Shown one piece after another: positions 34,579-44,174 of a DNA stretch of 64,000 nt. The stretch comes from Kiritimatiellia bacterium (lineage in GTDB: Bacteria > Verrucomicrobiota > Kiritimatiellia > RFP12 > UBA1067). The translations under genes were made by a program, and so were the position numbers. How positions within the stretch are numbered: the first letter of the stretch is position 1; every line of letters starts with the position of its first letter. The DNA lies in contig JAFUEM010000028.1 of NCBI GenBank assembly GCA_017463935.1, positions 751 to 64,750 of the forward strand, in the 5' to 3' direction. The notes beneath the pieces were generated by a model that did not search any database, was not told the DNA's origin, and worked only from the letters and a program-made list of their open reading frames with translations.

Positions 34579-34896
34579 TCATTTTGCTGCGAGTTTGAGC
34601 CCGACGATTCCCGCGACGATGAGCGCGGCGGAGGCGATGCGCAAGGCGGAGGCGGATTCGCCGAATGCGATGATGCCGACCGCCACGCCGCCGATTGCGC
34701 CGATGCCCGTCCAGACGGCGTAGGCCGTTCCCATCGGAATTGTTTTCATGGCGATGGCCAGGAGCCACACGCTCAACGCCATGCCCACGGCGCACACGAC
34801 ATCCGCGAGCGGATTTCTGAAGCCGTTCGACATTTTGAGCGCCGTCGCCCACACGACCTCGAATAGCCCCGCGACGATCAGTATAAGCCAGTTCAT
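34579..34896 (-). CDS. sugE: SMR-family efflux protein (SugE paralog)
   Basis: [21 protein letters not shown]...; about 85% aa identity to 11015..11332. Confidence 0.85.
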   Translation of the reverse strand: MNWLILIVAGLFEVVWATALKMSNGFRNPLADVVCAVGMALSVWLLAIAMKTIPMGTAYAVWTGIGAIGGVAVGIIAFGESASALRIASAALIVAGIVGLKLAAK

Positions 34897-34897
34897 A

Positions 34898-35539
34898 TCA
34901 AAATACATACTCCTCTCCATCGTCCGGCATCAGGACGCGCCCGGCAAGGCCGCGCCGTTCGAGCGCGGCACGAAGCGTCTTGCGCGTGAGCGAGGCGTGG
35001 GCAACCGTGTCCATGTGGCTCGCGATGACCGTGGCGTTTGGCGCGGCGCGGCAGACGCTTTCGACATCCGCATCGTCCATGATGAGGCGTCCGTATGTCT
35101 TAAGCTGCGCGGCGCAGGCGTTCAGGACGACGACCTCGGGCTTGAGCGCGGACATTGCCTCCGCCGTCTCGTCGCACCAGATCGTGTCGCCGAGGATCCA
35201 GAGCGACTTCTTTTCAGCGGGCGAGGTGAAGAACACGCCGGACGCCGGGCCGCACGGCGTTTTCGTCCCGTGCTTGGCGAATGTGCGCGTGAGCGTCACG
35301 CCGCGAAAGGCAACGCCATTGACCGTGAACATCTGCACATCCTTGAACCCGGAACGTTTCATGATGGCGGCCTCGTCTTCGTTCTGTACAAAGAGCGGAA
35401 CCGCCTTGTCGAGCTTCGCGCCGGCCGTGCCGTCCGCCGCCATGTCGAAGTGGTCGGGGTGAAGGTGCGTAAGAACGTATGCATCGACGCCGCCGAAGTT
35501 GATGCGAAGCGTCGCATTACGAATTTGTTTTATTTTCAT
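34898..35539 (-). CDS. MBL-fold metallo-hydrolase
   Basis: THLHPDHF motif; 213 aa. Confidence 0.75.
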   Translation of the reverse strand: MKIKQIRNATLRINFGGVDAYVLTHLHPDHFDMAADGTAGAKLDKAVPLFVQNEDEAAIMKRSGFKDVQMFTVNGVAFRGVTLTRTFAKHGTKTPCGPASGVFFTSPAEKKSLWILGDTIWCDETAEAMSALKPEVVVLNACAAQLKTYGRLIMDDADVESVCRAAPNATVIASHMDTVAHASLTRKTLRAALERRGLAGRVLMPDDGEEYVF

Positions 35540-35542
35540 TCT

Positions 35543-35640
35543 GGATCCTCCACGGGTTCAAAGCGTTTCATCGTCTTTCCGGCACGTTCAACTGTCTCGA
35601 AGAACATCTTGGCGGGACGCACCCACAGGCCGCACTCACC
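35543..35640 (-). pseudogene. DUF1653 C-terminal remnant
   Basis: [34 protein letters not shown]; upstream portion replaced by the 100 bp promoter repeat. Confidence 0.4.
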
Positions 35641-35745
35641 ATTATAGCAAATATGTAGCTTGAAAAGTTGAGGAAAGTAGATATGCTTGGTATGCCCGCA
35701 CGCAAGCACCGCTTTAGATTACGCAGGACGGCCCAACCCGACTTG
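35640..35745 (-). repeat. ~100 bp promoter-bearing repeat, copy 2
   Basis: See 6790..6900; its TGcTATAAT box is immediately followed by the truncated DUF1653 coding sequence. Confidence 0.5.
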
Positions 35746-36166
35746 TCTGGCAACAAGCACTTCTCGCTCTTCTCATGGTGAGAGGAGCGGAACGTCACAC
35801 CAACCACAACAGGAGAAATCCACAATGAACGGAAAGATCAACACACCTCGCACCGTGTGCAAGGCCATCGTCGCCGTGGCAATCGCGACAATTAATCACA
35901 GTCGCGGCCATCATCGACTGCTCGTCTCTCGACGGAGGCTCGCGCAAGGCGAACATCGCCACGATCATCCAGACCGCCTACGACATGGTATCCCCGAGCG
36001 AGATTCGCCTGTCGCCGTAGGCGATCAGGTGGGCCGAATGAGCGTAGCGAATGAGCCGCAAAGCGGTCGCAAGGCCCCGCGCGAGGTGCTTTCGCATAGC
36101 GAAAGTCACAAGAGCCCGCGGAAGTGCGCCGATTGCAAGGCCCGCGAGTAGAAGCGTTCCCGCAAA

Positions 36167-36212
36167 GGCGGTCACGTCGTTCTTCGGAGCGGCGTGACCG
36201 CTTTTTTCGTTT
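36167..36212 (+). terminator. strong rho-independent terminator (GGCGGTCACG...CGTGACCGC TTTTTTCGTTTTC)
   Basis: 9-10 bp GC-rich stem with T-run; only on plus strand; no convincing protein gene upstream. Confidence 0.55.
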
Positions 36213-36286
36213 TCGGGACGTTGCGGGGGCGCGAATCAAGCCCCTATCTCACCGTCCGATAATATGCCGTAATACGGCAACCGAAG

Positions 36287-37210
36287 TCAATTTGACTTGG
36301 GTGACATGGAATCGGAGAATTCAAAATGTCTAGTCTTTATCCCCTTTGAATCAGTATATTCATGTAAGCCAAGGTAGAGTTCGCCAATAATGTCGCCTGT
36401 GTGTATGGATGTAATCACAATGCAATTGTGATTGGGTTCAAAGTGGTAGCGCAACCCATTGAACGCGTCGCAACCATGCCTAAAATGGCAACAACATTCA
36501 ATCGTTCCTCCTCGGAAGCGGAGGAACCAGTTCTCCATCAATGCGTCGCTAGCCCCACATCCATCATTTCCAGCGACATCTGAACTTGCGAACAGGAAGA
36601 CACACCCCTCATGTACCCAAATCTGGCTCTTGCGGAGTTTCAGTTCCATCTGACATGCATATTCGCTATTTGTAAAGAAAGCTATGCCGTTCGTAAAACA
36701 TATTTCCTGCTTTTCAAAGTGCCCTATGCCAGACGAGACCGACTTCCAGGCATACATTACTTGCTTCAATTCGTCGCGGGAGTATTTCAGATCCGTCACG
36801 CAGACATCATAATCCTTCATCAATTTTCGCTCGTAATCGTTCTGCGCCGTCGAATAGAACCAATTCGTCACGATGGATTTCCATCGGCTCTGAAAGTCTC
36901 TCTCGGCGTTACAAAGCATAGCGTATGAGATGCGACCTCCGCCCATCATCTTGTGCGAGGAGTCAAAATCCGCTTTCTCAACTTGATATGCCGCATACAG
37001 AGCATTCCGCTCAATCTCAATCGTATAATCAGTCTTCGCTGTCCTTGCAAACTCATTCGTCACCGAATTTACGGCACATAATTTCTCGTCAATCATGTGT
37101 ACCGCATTTTCCATGCGTGAAAGCATGACAGCAAGTCGTCTATTGTGAATTAGGCTTATTCCCAAGGCACACGCAATCGTAGCGAATATGATGCTGTTTG
37201 CCTTTTTCAT
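36287..37210 (-). CDS. hypothetical signal-anchored protein (307 aa), low-GC island
   Basis: N-terminal hydrophobic segment MKKANSIIFATIACALGISLI; Cys-rich C-terminal region. Confidence 0.5.
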   Translation of the reverse strand: MKKANSIIFATIACALGISLIHNRRLAVMLSRMENAVHMIDEKLCAVNSVTNEFARTAKTDYTIEIERNALYAAYQVEKADFDSSHKMMGGGRISYAMLCNAERDFQSRWKSIVTNWFYSTAQNDYERKLMKDYDVCVTDLKYSRDELKQVMYAWKSVSSGIGHFEKQEICFTNGIAFFTNSEYACQMELKLRKSQIWVHEGCVFLFASSDVAGNDGCGASDALMENWFLRFRGGTIECCCHFRHGCDAFNGLRYHFEPNHNCIVITSIHTGDIIGELYLGLHEYTDSKGIKTRHFEFSDSMSPKSN

Positions 37211-37285
37211 GTTTGTTTCAATCTTCTATAACTCATTTGGTGTCTCAGTCAGAAGTCCCAATGCCCTTTGCGAATCATGACCATG

Positions 37286-37975
37286 TCATGCCATAATAAT
37301 GGCCATGCACATCATCGCAGATATACCTATTAGCAATGGAATTAGACAACCTGTACTTGTTGGCGAGCCGACTTGCCGCTTGTTGCCGCTTTGCGGCGTT
37401 TCGCGTATCACAGCAGCAGTTGACGAGTAACCGAATCTTTCCGCAAACTCTTCAGCGGTCATGCCAGCAGATTTAGCACGCTTATCCGCACCCGATTCAA
37501 TCAACTCCCGCGCAACATCATCATGCCCTTTGAATGCGGCGTTGGCTAGAGCAGTCGAACCGTCCCCAGCACGCTTTTCCGTGTCTGCGCCTGCCTTCAA
37601 TAGTGCCTTTAGGATGCGTAGATATCCACGTTGTGCTGCCATACAGAGAGCAGTAAGTCCCGGTTCAATGGCTAACTTGTCGTTCGGGTTCGCACCGTGC
37701 GAAAGTAAATATTCGACAACTTCGTCTCGTCGTTGCTCAATAGCGACAAGCAATGCCGTGCCGCCCTCGAAACTCTTTGCACCGACATCGGCTCCTCGTT
37801 CAACAAGGAGTTTAACAGTATCGATATTACCGCCTCCAGCTGCTGTCATAAGGGCGGTTTCGCGGCTGCCCTCATTACGGACATTGACATCAATGCCTGA
37901 ATCAAGCATCACGCGCACTTCAGCGGCAGTACCATATGCGGCGGCATTAAGAAAATCAAAAGTTGAACAAGCCAT
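37286..37975 (-). CDS. ankyrin-repeat protein with C-terminal transmembrane anchor
   Basis: Repeated TALMTAAGGGNIDTVKLLVERGADV... ANK units; C-terminal LIPLLIGISAMMCMAIIMA. Confidence 0.8.
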   Translation of the reverse strand: MACSTFDFLNAAAYGTAAEVRVMLDSGIDVNVRNEGSRETALMTAAGGGNIDTVKLLVERGADVGAKSFEGGTALLVAIEQRRDEVVEYLLSHGANPNDKLAIEPGLTALCMAAQRGYLRILKALLKAGADTEKRAGDGSTALANAAFKGHDDVARELIESGADKRAKSAGMTAEEFAERFGYSSTAAVIRETPQSGNKRQVGSPTSTGCLIPLLIGISAMMCMAIIMA

Positions 37976-37994
37976 CTAGAAATCTCCTTTGGAG

Positions 37995-38369
37995 TTATTT
38001 GCAGTCGGGGTATGACAGTAAAATGTGCAACTTCATTTGCTGGTCTATGATACTTGTCGGCGATGGCATCGGCGCAATCGCGATCAAAGCCGCCCCTATA
38101 ATGACGAACGGAAGTGCCAGCAAAAATGCCACAGGACGCAATAGCCAATACGAACGCGCAACGGCTCCGCATCCCATTATTACACCAAGGCACACCAACC
38201 AAGACAGCGAAAACAGAAGTAGCACGAGCATTAGCGGCACTATTAGAATCTGACATGGAATATAGATTATGCGCAGCAACATACCAACAGGAGACAGTAT
38301 GAATTTGATTGCCGCCGTAATCAGTCCAAATACAACCGTATCATATCCTTTGTGCATGGTGAATTTCAA
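37995..38369 (-). CDS. hypothetical polytopic membrane protein
   Basis: 124 aa, three or four hydrophobic helices. Confidence 0.45.
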   Translation of the reverse strand: MKFTMHKGYDTVVFGLITAAIKFILSPVGMLLRIIYIPCQILIVPLMLVLLLFSLSWLVCLGVIMGCGAVARSYWLLRPVAFLLALPFVIIGAALIAIAPMPSPTSIIDQQMKLHILLSYPDCK

Positions 38370-38372
38370 ACT

Positions 38373-38600
38373 TCAAGAGATGTCACAATAACGTTCTGTA
38401 TGGATCATTGCCCAGATTGCGCCAGGCACCCATCCTATGCAAGTCAAGATAAGGCAGATTACAAACTGTATCGCCGCCACCCCCTTTGCATCTGACTCGG
38501 AAGCAAAAGGATTTGTGAGTAGAATTCCCTTGTATGCCACATATGCAGCCATCACCGGTGGCATGAGGCAAACCAGCAAGTCCATAAATATTCTACGCAT
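38373..38600 (-). CDS. Pmp3/YqaE (UPF0057) family small membrane protein
   Basis: 75 aa, two TM; ...ILTCIGWVPGAIWAMI resembles the Pmp3 signature. Confidence 0.55.
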   Translation of the reverse strand: MRRIFMDLLVCLMPPVMAAYVAYKGILLTNPFASESDAKGVAAIQFVICLILTCIGWVPGAIWAMIHTERYCDIS

Positions 38601-38608
38601 CTGCCCCC

Positions 38609-38806
38609 CTATTCTTTGACAATCATCTTATAAATCTTTACAGCACCAACTATTACCGCAATAGTCCATATGCCAAATGCCCATTGTTGCCCAACACTTG
38701 AATAGGTTGCATCGCCGCCAAAAATCAAACCGCGACCAACAGCAACCCAAACCACAAATGCGATAATCCCAATCAGCCACTTTATTGCCGCATGTTCGCG
38801 TGACAT
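38609..38806 (-). CDS. small membrane protein (65 aa)
   Basis: Two hydrophobic helices; tightly packed with neighbours. Confidence 0.4.
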   Translation of the reverse strand: MSREHAAIKWLIGIIAFVVWVAVGRGLIFGGDATYSSVGQQWAFGIWTIAVIVGAVKIYKMIVKE

Positions 38807-38807
38807 G

Positions 38808-39557
38808 TCAGTTCTCCTTCCTTACCTCGTTATTCTTGTACGATTTAATCTTGTCAAGCAATCCTGTCGCTTGGGCAGAATAGCCAAGATTGCGAATCTT
38901 GTCTACATAAATATACGCATCGGTCTTTCGACCCTGACGCAAACAAAGGTCTGCGGCTAATTGATAATACCTACAAGCATTCGTCTTCCGTTCGTCCTCC
39001 GTGCCGCCATCAGGAATCAACCAGATGCGAGCACATTCGTTATACCCACGCTCAATGCCAAGTTCTCCTGCTTTTGCATGCCATCTTAGAGCTCTGTTAT
39101 ACGGATCATTCAAAGTGATTTTCTGCGGCTTTGACATATAGAGATCTCCAAGCTCAACACATGCGGACGCAGAGAGGCTACAATTACATTCCACAACATA
39201 TTCTAGCAAAGAAGCCGTTGAATTGAAGTTTCGCAGCGATTTCTCTATTATAGCATCATACTTTTTATAAGATTTTGTTTCATAATTGTAAATGTCGCTA
39301 TCCACTTTTACTCCATTAATATATATATAGATGAACCTCGAATATGGCGACGACTCAATATATTCTACTTTGTCACTATCATGCTTTCGATATGAACTCT
39401 TAAATTCTTGCGCCATCTTATACACCTCTTCGGGCGACTTGCCCGTAATGTCGTATGGTACATGAGGTGTCCATTCCGTCCAAGCAATACTTTCTCCGCA
39501 AGCAAGCATGGTCAAGACAGACGCAATAATACGTCTCCAAGCAATTGCATTCTTCAT
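38808..39557 (-). CDS. secreted Sel1/TPR-like repeat protein
   Basis: Signal peptide; YNRALRWHAKAGELGIERGYNECARIW Sel1-like repeat. Confidence 0.5.
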   Translation of the reverse strand: MKNAIAWRRIIASVLTMLACGESIAWTEWTPHVPYDITGKSPEEVYKMAQEFKSSYRKHDSDKVEYIESSPYSRFIYIYINGVKVDSDIYNYETKSYKKYDAIIEKSLRNFNSTASLLEYVVECNCSLSASACVELGDLYMSKPQKITLNDPYNRALRWHAKAGELGIERGYNECARIWLIPDGGTEDERKTNACRYYQLAADLCLRQGRKTDAYIYVDKIRNLGYSAQATGLLDKIKSYKNNEVRKEN

Positions 39558-39601
39558 GTCGGGATCTCCATTATGGTTACTTGATAGAGTTGTTCACTTA
39601 G

Positions 39602-39799
39602 TTACCAATGTTTTTCATAACGAACTTTACCATCAGGCATTTCAACGGGCGTGTATCTCCCCCGACGTACATCTTCATCAAATTGTTTAGCCTGGTCATA
39701 CAGATTGCGCCGTTGGCTGTGCATTAAGAATTTGAACAGCGCAACCAATACTACTATAACTATTATGCCTATGGCTATCAGTTTTTGCGTTCGATTCAT
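39602..39799 (-). CDS. small single-pass membrane protein
   Basis: MNRTQKLIAIGIIVIVVLVALFKF... Confidence 0.4.
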   Translation of the reverse strand: MNRTQKLIAIGIIVIVVLVALFKFLMHSQRRNLYDQAKQFDEDVRRGRYTPVEMPDGKVRYEKHW

Positions 39800-40314
39800 T
39801 TTGTCGCCTCATCCTGCTTGTTGTTAATGTATATCTCTCTGTATGCAAATTCATCCGAGCTGGTGTTCCAGTTCAGCTCTCCTATAGCCGATGTGTTTTC
39901 TTTCTCGTAAACGCGGAATGATTCTTTTGTTCTAAACAAATCGCCCTCAACATGCACCAATTCATTCCTGACATTAAATGTAGGGCACCCACCGTCTCCA
40001 AAATCAAACCATTCGAATATCCAAGCCTTATATTCGTAGCCTGACGTTACTGAGAATATGACACCTCTGCGTAGGTGACGCCCACCTTGTTCCTTGTAAA
40101 TCTGATATAGAACCATGCCAGGCCCAGTGAGTCTAAATGTTCGTGCTGGTGACGGGATCTTACACCCACCCCAATTATCGTATACTGAACAAAGCCGCAG
40201 ACACTCTTCACGACCAATAGGGTCTTTCATGTTTGAGGTTGTATTTGTAAGTCCGACACGCTTAGCGGTCGGCTTATCACAATCTGAACCAAACAACCAG
40301 GTTAACAATCCCAT
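39796..40314 (-). CDS. hypothetical protein, first gene after leader copy B
   Basis: ORF 39796..40350; preferred start MGLLTWLFG with GGAGGA SD (alternative GTG at 40350). Confidence 0.5.
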   Translation of the reverse strand: MGLLTWLFGSDCDKPTAKRVGLTNTTSNMKDPIGREECLRLCSVYDNWGGCKIPSPARTFRLTGPGMVLYQIYKEQGGRHLRRGVIFSVTSGYEYKAWIFEWFDFGDGGCPTFNVRNELVHVEGDLFRTKESFRVYEKENTSAIGELNWNTSSDEFAYREIYINNKQDEATK

Positions 40315-40423
40315 ACTGCAATCCTCCAACATGCCCTTGTTGAGTTTCACTTCGCAAGGATCGGGCTTGTCCTCGTTCCGCGTCGCTTTGCTGTTCGGCG
40401 GTCAGATACGAATCGAGGGCATG

Positions 40424-40706
40424 AAAAAGCCTCGCTTCGTGTCTCGAGCGAGGTCGTAGAGATTACCCTGAATGAAACACGAAGCGAGGCGAACGCATTA
40501 TGCGTCCCTCTGCCAAGTGTCGTCATTCGTGAAATTCTCTACGTTTCGCTCGACGACTGCTTTGCAGCGCAAATTACTGTCATATCCACTGGTCGCAAAC
40601 CGCCGTGAAGCGGTCGCTAGAGTGGGGTGCGGATTTCTCCCGCCTTATCGTTTTAACTGTCTATGGGCATGTTCCTTTCATTGTCAGTTTCCACGATTTG
40701 AGATTG
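40424..40706 (-). ncRNA. conserved ~300 nt leader-like element (copy B) with intrinsic terminator
   Basis: Homologous to 4772..5053; minus-strand hairpin CCUCGCUCGagacaCGAAGCGAGG + CUUUUU at 40424..40453, with alternative longer pairing to upstream GCCUCGCUUCGUGU. Confidence 0.4.
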
Positions 40707-41303
40707 TTACGCAACAAGGGCGTTGCTCAATACGCAGAGCATTTGATCGTAATCAACGCCGTCTTTGCCATCGTGCCTTTCGTTCCACGATTGAAAATTC
40801 CATCGGGTGTAGAAGTTCACCAATTCGGGTGACTTCATGTCGCGTTCCACAAGAACAAGTTTGCCGCCGACAATTTCCCTCGCTGCATATAGTTTCTCGA
40901 ACGCGAGCCTTAGAAGCTCGTCGCCGCTGATGCGTTCGCCGTCCTCGATGGCAAAGTTCTTTCCGATCTGCGCAATCAGATAAACGGCTGCCGTATAGCG
41001 TTCCCCGTCCACGTCGGCAAAACGTTCGATCAAACGGCATTTGGTCTTTGACAACTTCTCCTTCCCTATGGAAAACGGTTTCAAGACCAATGTGAAATAA
41101 CCCAACAAGAGAGATGTGGTGTTGTCGTAAACCAGATACGTCATCGACGCGCCAAGATGTAGCGAATGGACAGCCTTCTTTTGCAGGAAATCTTGAACCT
41201 CCGCGTTCAAGGGACACGAGAAATCTTCAAACGAATATCCCTCAGCCAAACCGCCGGCAGATTCAAACTGCCGCAGAGATATTACTGCCACATCACGCTT
41301 CAT
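40707..41303 (-). CDS. GNAT-family acetyltransferase toxin (TacT/AtaT-like)
   Basis: 198 aa GNAT fold; 4 nt overlap with upstream small RHH-type gene; classic antitoxin-toxin order. Confidence 0.6.
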   Translation of the reverse strand: MKRDVAVISLRQFESAGGLAEGYSFEDFSCPLNAEVQDFLQKKAVHSLHLGASMTYLVYDNTTSLLLGYFTLVLKPFSIGKEKLSKTKCRLIERFADVDGERYTAAVYLIAQIGKNFAIEDGERISGDELLRLAFEKLYAAREIVGGKLVLVERDMKSPELVNFYTRWNFQSWNERHDGKDGVDYDQMLCVLSNALVA

Positions 41304-41509
41304 GCGCCAACCCTGCTACGACGGGCGCGAACAACACGCTTGACGAAATTCGCAACCTCTCGTTTGTTGCGAAACTCGTGAGCCGTTCCCGTAGGCACAG
41401 GAGCCACCCATTTCGCGGGCGGTTTTTCCGACAACAGCAAATCCACAAAGGTGTTTGCCGCCTTTGCGTTATCGCAGTAGAAGTTCGCCGTTATGCTTGA
41501 TGTTGCCAT
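41300..41509 (-). CDS. small antitoxin (RHH/DUF1778-like) partner of GNAT toxin
   Basis: ORF 41300..41602; start MATSSITANF... with GAGGTGA SD; 69 aa. Confidence 0.5.
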   Translation of the reverse strand: MATSSITANFYCDNAKAANTFVDLLLSEKPPAKWVAPVPTGTAHEFRNKREVANFVKRVVRARRSRVGA

Positions 41510-41527
41510 GTTGTCACCTCGCTTTCC

Positions 41528-41600
41528 GTTCAAGGGCATAATACCCCCAAAGAAAAACAAGTGTAGTTTAGCAAAAATCGCGGCAAGAGTCAATTGGGGC
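41528..41600 (-). promoter_or_regulatory. sigma-70 promoter (TTGACT-17-TAAACT) plus conserved 5'UTR, homologous to 5765..5840
   Basis: Minus strand: aaTTGACTcttgccgcgatttttgcTAAACTacacttgtttttctttgggggtattatgccc. Confidence 0.55.
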
Positions 41601-41716
41601 ACGGCGGCAAATCACACTTTTGAGGCCGTTTTTTACACAGTTTCATCACTCTTCGCCATCGACCGCCTTGCGGACATCGGCGAGTTGCAGCTCACAATGG
41701 CAACGCCCGGCTTCAC

Positions 41717-42766
41717 TCAATGGCAGCGTCCGTTGGCGCGGCGCGGGCAGTTCGACTTGGCCGCTCCGCCCGTACCGAGGCAGCGATAGCAGATTTCATT
41801 GGCAAGTGGCGCGCCCGCAAAATAATCATCAAGGTTCTTGAGCGTCGTTTCGGCGATGTTGGCAAGCGCCTCGTGCGTCAGGAACGCCTGATGCGAGGTG
41901 ACGATCACGTTGGGGAGCGACACGAGAAGCGACAGCGTCTTGTTCTGCCGCGTAACGTCCGAACGATCCTCGTAGAACCATTCGCTTTCTTCCTCATAGA
42001 CGTCCAGCCCCGCGCCGCCGACCGTTCCGTCGCGCAACGCCGCAAGAAGCGCCTCGGAATCGACAAGCCCGCCACGCGACGTGTTGATGAGCGTGAAGCC
42101 GCGCTTCGCCTTGGCGAGCGTGTCGGCGTTGATGAGGTGCTTCGTTTCGGGGAGAAGCGGGCAATGCAGCGAGACGACATCCGACTCCGCGAGGAGCTTG
42201 TCGAGCGTCACATATTCGAGTCCGCTCGCCGGATTTGGAAACGCATCGTAGGCGAGTACCCTCATCCCGAAACCCTTGCAAATGTCGGCGAAGATGCGCC
42301 CAATTTTGCCCGTGCCGACGATGCCGGCTGTCTTGCCGTGAAGGTCGAAGCCGGTCAAGCCCGCCAGCGAGAAGTTGAAGTCGCGCGTCCGCGCCGCCGC
42401 CTTGTGGATGTAGCGGTTGAGCGAAAGGAGCAGCGCGGCGGCATGTTCCGCGACGGCATACGGCGAATAGGCGGGAACGCGCACGACCGTGAGTCCCACC
42501 TCATACGCCGCCTTGAAGTCGACGTTGTTGTAGCCCGCGCAGCGCATGGCGAGAACCTTGATACCGCGCGCTACAAGACCTTCCACGACGGCGCGGTCGA
42601 TCTCGGCGTTCACGAACGCGCACGCCGCATCGCATCCTTCGGCGAGTGGCAACGCCGCAGCCGTCAGCCGCGTCTCGAAATACTTGATCTCGTACCGCCC
42701 GTTGTTCAACCTGTCGAACGACTCCTTGTCATACGGCTTCGCATCGAAAAACGCAATCTTCTTCAT
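41717..42766 (-). CDS. ldhA: D-isomer-specific 2-hydroxyacid dehydrogenase (D-lactate dehydrogenase-like)
   Basis: Start MKKIAFFD with AGGAGG SD; GxGxxG NAD motif GIVGTGKIG; catalytic R/E/H pattern. Confidence 0.8.
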   Translation of the reverse strand: MKKIAFFDAKPYDKESFDRLNNGRYEIKYFETRLTAAALPLAEGCDAACAFVNAEIDRAVVEGLVARGIKVLAMRCAGYNNVDFKAAYEVGLTVVRVPAYSPYAVAEHAAALLLSLNRYIHKAAARTRDFNFSLAGLTGFDLHGKTAGIVGTGKIGRIFADICKGFGMRVLAYDAFPNPASGLEYVTLDKLLAESDVVSLHCPLLPETKHLINADTLAKAKRGFTLINTSRGGLVDSEALLAALRDGTVGGAGLDVYEEESEWFYEDRSDVTRQNKTLSLLVSLPNVIVTSHQAFLTHEALANIAETTLKNLDDYFAGAPLANEICYRCLGTGGAAKSNCPRRANGRCH

Positions 42767-43965
42767 GATTGCCCTCCTTGTGCGAGCAGCGATGTGACGA
42801 GCGCGGGGATTGCCGCAAGGTCGACATCGGTTGCCTTCCACATCGGGCGGATGGATTCTGGAACAACCATGAAGCCCGCCTTGCCGAGCATTTCCTGTAG
42901 AAGCTTCACCGATTCGCCGCTCCAGCCGTAGCATCCGAAAGCCGCCGCCTTCTTGTTCTTGAACTTGAGCTGCTTCAGAAACTCCATCCATCCGGCGACG
43001 CTGGACAGGATGGAGTTCGATACCGTCGGCGAACCAACCGCAATGGCCTTGGACTTGAACACCTCGGTCATCACTTCGTTTTTGTCTGCTTTGGCGACGT
43101 TGAACACCTTTACCACGGTATCGGGGGACTGGCGGTGAATTTCGGCGGCGATTTCGTGCGCCACCTTCGCAGTCCCCTCCCACATCGTGTCGTAGGCGAC
43201 CGTCACCTGGTCTTCTTGATACGCCTTCGCCCACTCTGCGTAGAGATTCACTATCTGCAATGGATCGTCGCGCCAGATGGCACCATGCGACGGGGCGATT
43301 ATGTCGAAAGGCAGATTGAAACCAACAACCTCATCCAGTTTCTTTGTGAGAATTGGGGCAAACGGATTGAGGATGTTCGCAAAATACTTCATCGCCTCGT
43401 GTTTGAGGACACTCTGCTCCGCGTTGTCGTTGAAAAGCTCCTCCACGGCGTAGTGCTGGCCGAACGCATCGTTCGAGAAGAGGATGTTATCCCCAGTCAT
43501 GTAAGTTGCCATCGAGTCCGGCCAATGGAGCATGCGCATCTCGACAAAAACGAGCTTCTTGCCGTTTCCGATATCTACGGAATCGCCCGTCTTCACCACC
43601 TTGAAGTTCCAGCCGCGCTTGCCATACTGTCCTTCAAGAGACTTAACGCAGTTCGCTGTGCAATAGACTGGCGTGTCGGGGATCTCCGCGAGAATCGTCT
43701 CAAGCGCCCCCGAATGGTCGCACTCGCCGTGGTTGGCGACAATGAAGTCGATCTTCTTGAGGTCGATCTCCTTCTTCAGGTTCTCGACAAAATCGAAGCG
43801 GTGCGGTGTCCACACGGTGTCGATGAGGACGGTTTTCTCCTCCTCAATTAGGTAGGCGTTCTGGCTTGAACCATTCTTTATGGAGTAGTCGTCACCGTGG
43901 AACGTCTCAAGTTCCCAGTCGAGATAGCCTATCCAGCTGACATTATTCTTCACGAGCTTGCGCAT
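42763..43965 (-). CDS. FprA-type A flavoprotein (MBL + flavodoxin domains; O2/NO reductase)
   Basis: HxExDH-like NHGECDHSGA motif; C-terminal flavodoxin; start MRKLVKNN. Confidence 0.8.
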   Translation of the reverse strand: MRKLVKNNVSWIGYLDWELETFHGDDYSIKNGSSQNAYLIEEEKTVLIDTVWTPHRFDFVENLKKEIDLKKIDFIVANHGECDHSGALETILAEIPDTPVYCTANCVKSLEGQYGKRGWNFKVVKTGDSVDIGNGKKLVFVEMRMLHWPDSMATYMTGDNILFSNDAFGQHYAVEELFNDNAEQSVLKHEAMKYFANILNPFAPILTKKLDEVVGFNLPFDIIAPSHGAIWRDDPLQIVNLYAEWAKAYQEDQVTVAYDTMWEGTAKVAHEIAAEIHRQSPDTVVKVFNVAKADKNEVMTEVFKSKAIAVGSPTVSNSILSSVAGWMEFLKQLKFKNKKAAAFGCYGWSGESVKLLQEMLGKAGFMVVPESIRPMWKATDVDLAAIPALVTSLLAQGGQS

Positions 43966-44153
43966 TATTCCGCCTCCCTTATTGCGGCCACGGGGCATCC
44001 CTCGATAGCCTGTTTTACCGACTCACCGTTTGCGTCGGTCGTGTCCGAGACGGCCTCCGCCTTGCCGTCCGCGTTCATTGCGAACACGTCAGGCGCGATG
44101 CTGGTGCAAAGGCCGCAGCCGATGCACAGTTCCTGATCAACATACGCTCTCAT
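43965..44153 (-). CDS. 4Fe-4S ferredoxin
   Basis: 62 aa; CIGCGLC...CP cysteine pattern. Confidence 0.7.
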   Translation of the reverse strand: MRAYVDQELCIGCGLCTSIAPDVFAMNADGKAEAVSDTTDANGESVKQAIEGCPVAAIREAE

Positions 44154-44174
44154 CTTGATTCTCCTTATCTTATG

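Noticed and set aside
35825-36151. 109 aa ORF with AGGAGA SD upstream of the 36167 terminator
   Set aside because: Arg/His-rich low-complexity translation in all frames; no motif; more consistent with non-coding or decayed sequence.
40424-41600. TA modules as integron cassettes with attC sites
   Set aside because: No integrase or attI in the window, and the conserved downstream block is ~280 nt with a terminator rather than an attC-like imperfect palindrome; kept as an open possibility only.
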